A stretch of DNA of 64,000 nucleotides, from contig JBBIRS010000001.1 in NCBI GenBank assembly GCA_037441675.1, positions 288,001 through 352,000 on the forward strand, in the 5' to 3' direction. The position numbers and the translations under genes are program-made. The DNA comes from Planctomycetales bacterium (GTDB lineage Bacteria > 4484-113). This document shows, one piece after another, positions 18,920-27,134 of the stretch; the stretch's first letter is position 1; each line of letters opens with the position of its first letter. The notes beneath the pieces were generated by a model, which did not search any database, was not told where the DNA came from, and saw only the letters and a program-made list of their open reading frames with translations.

Positions 18920-20611
18920 TTAAAATTCCTTTAGCCCCCTATACCTTCCCCAAACTTCTTCCATTGCGCCAACAATTTCGCCTTCCGTTGCTCCAGCCCT
19001 TACGCACTCAACAATTCTCTCACAGATAGTGCTTCTCTCTTCGCACGCTCTTTTCAACTCGCCCAATGCGTTACGCATCTTGGTTTCAGAGTAATGCGCC
19101 ACATAACGGGCTCTATTATCAATATAATTTGCCAGTCGCTTCTTCTGTTCAGCTTCCGCGTATTCATCGTGTGGAACCGAAGGGATCCGAACAGGCTCAT
19201 CCCTGTAGGAATTAACTCCCACGATTTTTCTTTTTCCTGAATCAATTTCCCTCTGCCATTCCATCGCCTTAGTATGGATTTCCGCTTGGGGATATCCCTT
19301 TTCAATTGCGCGAAGCATTCCACCCATGTCATCAATCTTGTTAATGTAAACCAGCGCTTCTTCCTCAAGTTTATCTGTTAGCTCTTCAACCAAAAAACTA
19401 CCTGCGAGCGGGTCAATGGAGTTAGTAATTCCGCTTTCCTCTGCTAGGATTTGCTGGGTTCTCAGGGCAAGGGTTGCGCTTTCCTCGGTGGGAAGGTTAA
19501 GCGCCTCATCATAAGCGTTTGTATGAAGGCTTTGAGTTCCGCCTAGGATTGCTGATAAGGCTTGGACTGTTACCCTTACGACATTGTTGAGGGGTTGTTG
19601 GGCTGTAAGCATACTACCAGCGGTTTGAGTATGAAAACGAAGCATCATACTCTTAGGATTCTTTGCGCCAAGTCTTTCTTTTGCAATCTTCGCCCACAAT
19701 CTTCTTGCGGCGCGAAACTTCGCAACTTCTTCCAAGAAGTTGTTGTGCGCACAAAAGAAGAATGAAATTCTAGAGGCATAAGAGTCAAAGGGAAGCCCAG
19801 CCTTATTTGCTCTCTCGCAGTATTCAATTGCATCAGCGAGGGTGAATGCTAGCTCTTGAGAAGCGGTGCATCCAGCCTCCCGCAGATGGTAACCTGAAAT
19901 GGAAATGAAGTTCCATTTCGGCATCTCTTTTGTGCAATAACGAAAGGTGTCGATCGTTAGCGCCATTGATTCTTCAGGAGGAAAGATAAAGGTTCCGCGA
20001 GCCATATACTCCTTAAGAATGTCATTTTGGATAGTTCCTCCCAAGTGTCTCTTATCAATGCCCCGCTCCTCAGCAGTTACAATGTAGAAGGCGAGGATTA
20101 TCATTGCGGGCGCGTTTATAGTCATAGAGGTTGTCACAGTTTCGAGTGGAATATTTTCAAAGAGCTCCCTCATATCAATCAAAGTATCAATTGGCACACC
20201 AACCTTGCCAACTTCACCCTCAGCCAGCGGATGATTGCTGTCATAACCCATCTGGGTGGGAAGGTCAAAGGCGACGGAGAGTCCAGTCTGACCAGAGTTC
20301 AAGAGGTGCTGATACCTTTCATTGGTTTTTTTTGCTGTTGCAAAGCCTGCATACTGCCTCATCGTCCACACGCGCCCCCGGTACATTGTTGGTGTAACAC
20401 CACGAGTAAATGGATACTCTCCCGGAAATCCAATCCTTTCTAAGTATCTCTCCTCACCCTTCTCGTTTAACTCATCCTTCGGCAGGCAGATTAGTGGAAT
20501 TTCAAATCCACTGGTGGATAAAGCTTTTTCATGAATCAGTGGATACTTCTTTACGAAGGGTTTGAAGGATTTCAGTTTCCAACTCTCAAATGCGTCCTCT
20601 ATTTTTCCCAT
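18920..20611 (-). CDS. methylmalonyl-CoA mutase, substrate-binding large subunit (split type, no B12-binding domain)
   Basis: PGEYPFTRG, WTMRQYAGF, GLSVAFDLPTQMGYDS, GTIQNDILKEY, ISISGYH, GGTQSLHTN; no DxHxxG. Confidence 0.92.
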   Translation of the reverse strand: MGKIEDAFESWKLKSFKPFVKKYPLIHEKALSTSGFEIPLICLPKDELNEKGEERYLERIGFPGEYPFTRGVTPTMYRGRVWTMRQYAGFATAKKTNERYQHLLNSGQTGLSVAFDLPTQMGYDSNHPLAEGEVGKVGVPIDTLIDMRELFENIPLETVTTSMTINAPAMIILAFYIVTAEERGIDKRHLGGTIQNDILKEYMARGTFIFPPEESMALTIDTFRYCTKEMPKWNFISISGYHLREAGCTASQELAFTLADAIEYCERANKAGLPFDSYASRISFFFCAHNNFLEEVAKFRAARRLWAKIAKERLGAKNPKSMMLRFHTQTAGSMLTAQQPLNNVVRVTVQALSAILGGTQSLHTNAYDEALNLPTEESATLALRTQQILAEESGITNSIDPLAGSFLVEELTDKLEEEALVYINKIDDMGGMLRAIEKGYPQAEIHTKAMEWQREIDSGKRKIVGVNSYRDEPVRIPSVPHDEYAEAEQKKRLANYIDNRARYVAHYSETKMRNALGELKRACEERSTICERIVECVRAGATEGEIVGAMEEVWGRYRGLKEF

Positions 20612-20704
20612 AAGTATTCCTCAATAATGGAACTTTTACTACTATCAAGAGTCTGTATTATAAAGGGTCGGATGTTTGCTAAAATATAAGGTACTCGGAC
20701 ATCT

Positions 20705-21019
20705 ATGGGTCAGGCTAAGAATATTAGGATGAGCCTCACTTTTAGTGAGGATTTTGAATTTGCCCCTCAGGTGCCGGAGCAATTCTTTGTTCGAGCTATG
20801 GAAAGGTCTCAGCCTATTTTTCTTACTGAAGACTTTCTTAAGGAAGTTAGGAGCATAACTCCAGATGAGCTAGTGGAGAAAATAATTCAGGACTTGAGGA
20901 AGGATTCTTCCAACTCAACCGATCCCGCTCTTACATGGTACTACTTATTTATGGATTTCCAAGAAGATTTTCCTAGACTAATGCAACTTTATATGCGGAG
21001 TGAAGAAGAGAAAAAGTAA
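20705..21019 (+). CDS. acidic hypothetical protein
   Basis: 104 aa ORF filling the gap between opposite-strand genes; TGcTAAAAT upstream. Confidence 0.65.
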   Translation: MGQAKNIRMSLTFSEDFEFAPQVPEQFFVRAMERSQPIFLTEDFLKEVRSITPDELVEKIIQDLRKDSSNSTDPALTWYYLFMDFQEDFPRLMQLYMRSEEEKK

Positions 21020-21041
21020 CTAGCCATTGAAGCTATTCTTC

Positions 21042-21875
21042 TCACTCATCAAGCTTTTCAACCTTCACAGTTAATTTCTCTAAAGGAAGTCCTTTAGGTG
21101 GTCGAGGTGGTGCATACTCCCATTCCTCCCGCCCCGAATACTTCCTCGCTAACTCCCTCGTTCTCTTAACCCTATCACTAGGGTTTGGATGCGTTCTTAT
21201 TAAGTCAAATAACTCCAGCTTACCAAGGACACCTTCAAGTTCCACAAAGATCTGTAAAGCTCTGCTCATGCCGTAAGGGTCGTAGCCAGCGCGATAAGCT
21301 AGCTTAACGCCCCACTCATCCGCATGCTCCTCGTCATCCCGAGAGTACTTGAGAAAGACGAGATTTCCGCCGGCGGAAAGGACCTCCATCGCTCTAGCGC
21401 CTGTCTCTCCACCAATGGCTATACCGATTGCGAGTATTCCAAGTTGGGCTTTAAGCGCGTCCTCATACATTTTCTTGAAATGCCTTTCCGTTACATGCCC
21501 AATTTCGTGCGCGAGCACTGCGGAGAGCATTCCTTCATCGTATGATATTAAGTCATATAGCCCTTTATTAATAAAAACATAACCGCCCGGAACTGCGAAG
21601 GCGTTGACCTCCTTATCATCAACCAGGGTAAAGGTGTATTTGTAATCTGTTAGCCCTGCCCTTTGCACGAGCCTTTGCCCGATTAGTTTAACTCTTGCCC
21701 CATCCTTTGTGTTGTCTAGGTACTTTTTCTCCTTGGCGTAGTCATTATAAAAATCCCGACCAATTCTTATTTCGTTACTCTTTGAAATTTTGAAGAGCCC
21801 TGCGTTTACCGGATATGCAACAATGAGCAGAAGAAATACTATCAGTAAATATCTTGCTATTAACATTCTTAACAT
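21042..21875 (-). CDS. M48-family zinc metallopeptidase (BepA/YfgC-like peptidase domain), secreted
   Basis: Signal peptide, VNAFAVPGG, HEIGH, YSRDDEEHAD, THP. Confidence 0.92.
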   Translation of the reverse strand: MLRMLIARYLLIVFLLLIVAYPVNAGLFKISKSNEIRIGRDFYNDYAKEKKYLDNTKDGARVKLIGQRLVQRAGLTDYKYTFTLVDDKEVNAFAVPGGYVFINKGLYDLISYDEGMLSAVLAHEIGHVTERHFKKMYEDALKAQLGILAIGIAIGGETGARAMEVLSAGGNLVFLKYSRDDEEHADEWGVKLAYRAGYDPYGMSRALQIFVELEGVLGKLELFDLIRTHPNPSDRVKRTRELARKYSGREEWEYAPPRPPKGLPLEKLTVKVEKLDE

Positions 21876-21928
21876 TCTTTGTTCCCCTAAACCATATTAC
21901 CATTTATTATGACGGTTAATCTCCCAAT

Positions 21929-22810
21929 TTAGTCAGGAGATGTTGCGTCAAGGGAGAGCCTTGCGGATTTGATGCGGTCAATGCGAAATGTCTTGATCTG
22001 CCTAGACTCATAGCACCAAGCTTCCATATAAACAGAGCTTCCACGCCTTATAAGAGTCCTTGGCGCAATCCTTCTTTCTTTAAACCCGTGAGAGCCTCCT
22101 GAGTAGACCATCACAACGTCTGAGCCCTCTTTCATTGCCCTTCCAATATCCTGAAGCTCCTCAGGAAGAGTGATATCATTTGAAGAAATTGAAACTCTTT
22201 TTAGGATAAGTATTCCAGGATAAATACTCGCAATTTCTGAAAGCGTCTTATTCCATCCCACCTTTTGCGCGAGGAAACAAAAAATTTTGGCGGTAACTTC
22301 CGCGTCATCCGCTGCTCGGTGAAACCTTTTGCTTTCAATGGACAAAGCCTTCGCAAGAGTGCCTAATCTGTAGTTAGGGGCGGAGATAGCCTGACTCGCC
22401 CAGGCGCATGAGTCAATGGTAATTCTATTTAGGATTTTTCTTGATGTTCTTGCGTATTCAAAGGCGAGTATTTCTAAGTCGTATGGCGCATTATGCGCAA
22501 CAAGAATGTCATCCTCGTTAAGATAATCTTCAAAAAGCCCTAGTGCTTCATCAATTCCAGGCGCGTTCGCTACATCCTCATTTCGAATTCCATGAACGAG
22601 ACTTGCGTCCTCTGGGATTTTGGTAAGCGGATGCACGAGGGTTGAAAACTTCGTTTTGGTTACTTCCCCGCAACTAATACGCACCGCCCCCAATTCTACG
22701 ATTCTTGCGGTAAGTCCAGAAAGCCCTGTTGTTTCAAGGTCAAAGGCTACAAAGGATAAATCTCTTATGGGGATCCCAAGTGGGTCTGTTGGAAGCGCTT
22801 GCTGCTTCAT
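21929..22810 (-). CDS. DEDDh 3'-5' exonuclease (DnaQ-like) fused to a C-terminal WYL domain
   Basis: ExoI FDLETTG, ExoII AHNAPYD, ExoIII HRAADDA; C-terminal ERRIAP...YMEAWC...KTFRIDRI WYL signature. Confidence 0.88.
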   Translation of the reverse strand: MKQQALPTDPLGIPIRDLSFVAFDLETTGLSGLTARIVELGAVRISCGEVTKTKFSTLVHPLTKIPEDASLVHGIRNEDVANAPGIDEALGLFEDYLNEDDILVAHNAPYDLEILAFEYARTSRKILNRITIDSCAWASQAISAPNYRLGTLAKALSIESKRFHRAADDAEVTAKIFCFLAQKVGWNKTLSEIASIYPGILILKRVSISSNDITLPEELQDIGRAMKEGSDVVMVYSGGSHGFKERRIAPRTLIRRGSSVYMEAWCYESRQIKTFRIDRIKSARLSLDATSPD

Positions 22811-22822
22811 CTTTTCTCTTAA

Positions 22823-23707
22823 CTAGTATCCCAGAAAACAAACCGTTAAGCAACGGGAGCTGGCGGAGAGGATAATAGCCGAAAGGAGCATAGATGTAAG
22901 AATTGAAGGGAGAAAGGCGAACGCAACATTTCCTCTGTCAGAGCTATTGAGCTCAATTAACCTCTCTGTTAGTTCCGTGTTAATTGCAGTGATGTGCTTA
23001 AAGGCAAGAGTTGGTAATTTAGGCAAAAATTTTGCGTACCTTTCAACTCCGACGAGCCCTGAAACTTTCAGGTCTGCCTCGACCTCGCATGATACATCAA
23101 GCCTATCAGCTAGAGCATGCGCAAGTGGGTTAAAGAAGTTGAGCCTTAAGACCGTTCTGCCTATAAACTTGAGTAAATTGTGCTTCAGTTTTACATGCGC
23201 AAGTTCATGCAGAATTACCATCGGTAACATCTGCTTATCCCTCCACATTTCTGCTGATATTGCGATGACTGGCTTTTTCACGCCAAAGGTCGCAGCAAGA
23301 GGAATACTGTCATTTATTCTGACCTCAATTTCGCCTATGTGGTAAATTTCTTGCGCTTCATCATCAATTGGTGGTTTTGGCTCCTTGAGCAGAAAAGCTG
23401 ATGCAAGAGTTGAACTGATGAAGGAAAGAATACCTAAGAATACAATAACTGTTTCCGCCCCCCCTTGCATCAGTGAGACGTAAAAGGGAGTAACCATTCC
23501 GAAATGACCCGAAATCGTTCCGATAGTTGCAATTAGCGTAAGAAGAACTGACAGCAGAATAGGAATGCTAACGCTAAACACCGCAGAACGGGCGCGATAA
23601 ATTTTGGGAATCTTCTTCTCAATCAATAGCCAAAGTAGGCTAGCTAGAAAAACACCCAACGCCTGCAAAAGGAAGAATAGGGCAAAACTTTTTAGGATTA
23701 TTATCAC
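22823..23707 (-). CDS. M56-family (BlaR1/MecR1-like) membrane metallopeptidase lacking the penicillin-binding sensor domain
   Basis: Three N-terminal TM segments, PLAATFGVKKPVIAIS, HELAH, FFNPL, EVEAD, one C-terminal TM; next to a BlaI-type repressor. Confidence 0.88.
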   Translation of the reverse strand: MIIILKSFALFFLLQALGVFLASLLWLLIEKKIPKIYRARSAVFSVSIPILLSVLLTLIATIGTISGHFGMVTPFYVSLMQGGAETVIVFLGILSFISSTLASAFLLKEPKPPIDDEAQEIYHIGEIEVRINDSIPLAATFGVKKPVIAISAEMWRDKQMLPMVILHELAHVKLKHNLLKFIGRTVLRLNFFNPLAHALADRLDVSCEVEADLKVSGLVGVERYAKFLPKLPTLAFKHITAINTELTERLIELNSSDRGNVAFAFLPSILTSMLLSAIILSASSRCLTVCFLGY

Positions 23708-23719
23708 GCCTTGATAGCC

Positions 23720-24103
23720 TTACTTTATAATATACCCGCGTTTTTTGAGTTCCTGAACTAGAGATGAAACCTGCTCAGGGCTTGCGTCCTCCAGTGCATC
23801 CAAGATGTTGCTAGCAACAGGTTCTTTGTATCTAGCGATGATACCAGCTATAAAGTCCGAAATTGTCTCCATTACATATTTTCCCCGATCGATGACGGGT
23901 TTGTACAAGTAGCCTCTGCTTACCTTTCTTCGTCTGAGAAGCCCCTTCTGAAACAAATGTGTCATTACCGTCATAACCGTTGTGTAAGCCAGTTTTGAGC
24001 TTCTCTTCTTGTTTAATTCTTCAAGAACCGTGCGAACATCCGCACGCTTCAACCGCCAAATAATATCCATAATCTCACTCTGAAGCGGTCCAAGTTCAGC
24101 CAT
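23720..24103 (-). CDS. BlaI/MecI/CopY-family transcriptional repressor
   Basis: LGPLQSEIMDIIW, LAYTTVMTVMTHLFQKGLLRR winged helix; no Cys-rich CopY tail. Confidence 0.93.
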   Translation of the reverse strand: MAELGPLQSEIMDIIWRLKRADVRTVLEELNKKRSSKLAYTTVMTVMTHLFQKGLLRRRKVSRGYLYKPVIDRGKYVMETISDFIAGIIARYKEPVASNILDALEDASPEQVSSLVQELKKRGYIIK

Positions 24104-24171
24104 AATTATCTCCTATTTTCATTAGTAGTATACCATACTTATGAAAGAAATCCACTTGAAAATAAAATATC

Positions 24172-24199
24172 TTGACAGCTACTAGGTATATAGTAGAAT
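24172..24199 (+). promoter_or_regulatory. promoter of the efflux operon with an embedded palindromic operator
   Basis: TTGACA (24172-24177), 16 nt, TAGAAT (24194-24199); CTACTA-ggtata-TAGTAG inverted repeat at 24179-24196. Confidence 0.7.
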
Positions 24200-24252
24200 A
24201 TCAGCGCTTTTATCCCTATATTGTGCCTTCTGTAATAGTAAAATCATTCAAA

Positions 24253-25848
24253 ATGAAAAGTGAACCAATCAGGAGTATGGGTAGGATTCTTAAGTTTATA
24301 ATCGTGTTTATCCTGTCCATACTCTTTCAAGCTGGCAGTTCCTATGCCAATCTGCTTGAGGGAGTAACCGATGCAATTACCACAAGAGGCATTTCAAAGT
24401 CAAGGGAAGATGAACTTCAGAGGTTAATTGATGAAAGGGTACAAAAGGCGCTCTCAAATCCTCCCTTCAAGGTTTACGAGGATTTATTAATTTCTCCGGA
24501 GCTAATCAACCTAGTTACAAATGCGCTGCAGAACAACCCACAGCTAAAGGTTGCAAGAAGTCAAATAGCAATCTACGAGCAGAAGGTAGCGCCCGCGGGA
24601 GCGAAGATGGATCCAATGCTCGGAATTGAGTTTATGAATAGAATGGTCCCCAGGCCATTTACCTATATGGACTCTGACACGATGGATACGATTCGCCTTC
24701 GGCAGGAGTTTATGAGTTACGGTAAAAGGACAACGAAGCGAGACATTGCTGAGAAAGAAGTAGAGTTAAGGAAGTGGGAGGTGGCTGAAGCGGAGTATAT
24801 GCTTACGGGCGAGATTTTCAATATGTACTATGATCTCTTGGAGAATGCGGTTCAGCTTGATCAGGTGAAGAAAAACCGTGAACTGCTCTCAGCGCTGATG
24901 GATATTATCCGCGCACGCTACGAATTAAATCAAGTTATGCAGAGTGACTTAATCATGGTGCAGATGCGCTACACCGAAACCTACGAGAGAGAGATTATGC
25001 TAGAGGAGATGCGGAGAACGATGATAGCCAAGCTTGCGGGTATGGTTGGAGTTCCGATGGAGGATCTTGAATTTGACCTTAGCTTGAATGGAGAGGGAAT
25101 AGAGGTTCCCGAGAATGTCACCCTCCTAGTTGAAAGTGCCCTAAGCAGGCATCCTGAATCTTTTTGGATTGACACTCGCAAAAGCCAGGTTGAGCTTATG
25201 AAGAAACTCGCCAGAAAGGAATACCAGCCCGATTACGCGCTTGAGCTTTCCTACGGATACAGGCAGATGTTTCCGGATATGTTCAGCCTTGGGATTATGT
25301 TCAATCTTCCCATTTACAAAAGGCAGAAGCAGGACGCTATGTATATGGAGGCAAGCGCGATGGAGAAGGAGGTTGAGTTAATGCGCGAGATGCTTTATAA
25401 CGACATCCGTTCCTCTTGCCAGGAGAAGATTGTTCAGATGGCCGAGCTTAAGCGTAGGCTTGAGCTTTTTGAAAACACACTCCTACCACAGGTTCGTGCA
25501 ACGTTTGATTCAGCGCTGGCAAGCTATCAGGTAAATATGGACCAGTTCGCGGTTCTCATTGATGCTGCTTTGGCTCTTATTGAAATGGAAACAGAGTATA
25601 GAATTGCCACAGTAAATGAGGGCAGGGCAACCGCATTACTTGACTTCTACAGTCTTGGTGCAATTCGGATGATGGATAAGAATCAATCTGCGAGGAGTGA
25701 TGAAGAGGTAAGCTCCGACCAGAAAGAAAACGTGTTAGGTCAGGATGATACTTTAATGGCACAACCCTTAGAAGCAGGAAATGAGGGTTTGGGCGAACAA
25801 TCCGACAATCATATATCTGGAGGCGAAGATTATGGAGAAAGAGAATAA
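24253..25848 (+). CDS. TolC/CusC-family outer membrane efflux channel, Met-rich (start ATG 24253 or 24277)
   Basis: Signal peptide, ALQNNPQL, PDYALELSYG, FNLPIY, LLPQ...ASYQ OEP features; heads the RND operon. Confidence 0.85.
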   Translation: MKSEPIRSMGRILKFIIVFILSILFQAGSSYANLLEGVTDAITTRGISKSREDELQRLIDERVQKALSNPPFKVYEDLLISPELINLVTNALQNNPQLKVARSQIAIYEQKVAPAGAKMDPMLGIEFMNRMVPRPFTYMDSDTMDTIRLRQEFMSYGKRTTKRDIAEKEVELRKWEVAEAEYMLTGEIFNMYYDLLENAVQLDQVKKNRELLSALMDIIRARYELNQVMQSDLIMVQMRYTETYEREIMLEEMRRTMIAKLAGMVGVPMEDLEFDLSLNGEGIEVPENVTLLVESALSRHPESFWIDTRKSQVELMKKLARKEYQPDYALELSYGYRQMFPDMFSLGIMFNLPIYKRQKQDAMYMEASAMEKEVELMREMLYNDIRSSCQEKIVQMAELKRRLELFENTLLPQVRATFDSALASYQVNMDQFAVLIDAALALIEMETEYRIATVNEGRATALLDFYSLGAIRMMDKNQSARSDEEVSSDQKENVLGQDDTLMAQPLEAGNEGLGEQSDNHISGGEDYGERE

Positions 25849-26506
25849 GGATGAAAGAAGCGATTCCTCATCTAAAGGGAAAGTCGCGACTGAAGGGTTT
25901 ATGGGAATTCTCTTTGCGGTTATTGCGCTTGGAATAATGTTCTGGGTAGGTGTTAGGCTAATGGAACCATACCCCACATATAAAACTCCGGAAGAAGCGG
26001 TATATGAGGCTAAGATGGAGCTAGCAAAAGCCCCAGCGGATGAGAGTATGAGCGAGGGAATGAAAGAGGCGGGAGAAGTTGGCGACGAGAAAGCTTCAAA
26101 GGATCTTGCGGGGAATAAGAAGGACCCAATTTGCGGGATGAATCCTTATAATAGCCCAACAAGGCTGGAGGTTCTTTATTCAGACGGTTCAAGAACAGCC
26201 AATGTTTCCCTTGCTTGCTTTTTCCAGTTTTCTGACCAACATGCGGAGCATGGAATTATCCCTACAGATATAAAAGTAGTCACCTACGATACTTGGCAAT
26301 CGGAAAAGCCAAAGCTCATTGATGCGAAGAGCGCGGTTTACCTTGTGGAGCTTGAGGCTTTGCCCCAGGGTTCAATGCCGCCTGGAGTAGTGGCTTTTTC
26401 TAGCGAGGCGGATGCGAAGAAATTCCAGCCTGACTTAGGCGGGCGAATTGTGGGTTTTGAGGAGATGGAAAAATTCGTGAGGGATTTTCTTAAAGAGCAA
26501 TCTTAA
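25832..26506 (+). CDS. membrane-anchored NosL-like copper chaperone
   Basis: GGAGG SD before ATG 25832; N-terminal TM; DPICGM, SLAC, IDAKSAVYL, MPPGVVAFSSEADAKKF...GG. Confidence 0.7.
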   Translation: MEKENKDERSDSSSKGKVATEGFMGILFAVIALGIMFWVGVRLMEPYPTYKTPEEAVYEAKMELAKAPADESMSEGMKEAGEVGDEKASKDLAGNKKDPICGMNPYNSPTRLEVLYSDGSRTANVSLACFFQFSDQHAEHGIIPTDIKVVTYDTWQSEKPKLIDAKSAVYLVELEALPQGSMPPGVVAFSSEADAKKFQPDLGGRIVGFEEMEKFVRDFLKEQS

Positions 26507-26526
26507 TTTTAAGAGAGGTAAATAGA

Positions 26527-27060
26527 ATGATATGGATTAAAAGAATAACTATAGCATTTTTAGGATTCGTGTTACTACTGAGTGTGGTGGGTTACGCCTA
26601 TTCTGTGGAGAAAGAGATGGATAAATCCCCTGCCTGCGCCTTTTGCGGGATGGCAGGTGCGGATATGTCTAGTGTATTTATAAAGGCTAACCTGAAGGAT
26701 GCCAGCGGAAAAGAGAGGAATGTTGTTTTTGATTCTCTTGCTTGCTGGCTTCAGTACGAGCACGAGTTGGAAAAGGGAGTGAAGGTATCAAGCGTGCTTG
26801 TGCTTGATTATCCAACCAGAGAAGATAAATCCCCCAAATTCATTGATTTGAAGAAGTCTTACTTTGTGCAAGTGAAGTCACTCAAGCACTCTATGCCACC
26901 ATATCTCGTAGCGTTTTCTGATAAGGCAAAGGCGGAGGCTTTCGCCAAAGAGAAAGGCGCAAAGGTGCTTTCTTACGCCAATGCAGTAGATTTCGTAATG
27001 AAGAAGATTGGTATGGAAGACCACCAGCATAAAGAGGGCGAGCATAATCATGACCACTAA
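26527..27060 (+). CDS. periplasmic NosL-like copper chaperone with His-rich tail
   Basis: Signal peptide; CAFCGM, FDSLAC, MPPYLVAFSDKAKAEAFAKEKGAKVL; tail DHQHKEGEHNHDH. Confidence 0.78.
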   Translation: MIWIKRITIAFLGFVLLLSVVGYAYSVEKEMDKSPACAFCGMAGADMSSVFIKANLKDASGKERNVVFDSLACWLQYEHELEKGVKVSSVLVLDYPTREDKSPKFIDLKKSYFVQVKSLKHSMPPYLVAFSDKAKAEAFAKEKGAKVLSYANAVDFVMKKIGMEDHQHKEGEHNHDH

Positions 27061-27134
27061 GAGATTTGGCTTTGCTAACAGGATGAATTCCTACTTGTGG
27101 TCATTAAGTTTAATTAGCTTTTGGGAGATAGCCT

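Noticed and set aside
24172..24252. TTG start of the TolC ORF at 24172
   Set aside because: That TTG is the -35 hexamer; the signal peptide begins after ATG 24253/24277
25832..27060. Nitrous oxide reductase (nos) cluster
   Set aside because: No nosZ, nosD, nosF or nosY in the window; context is metal efflux
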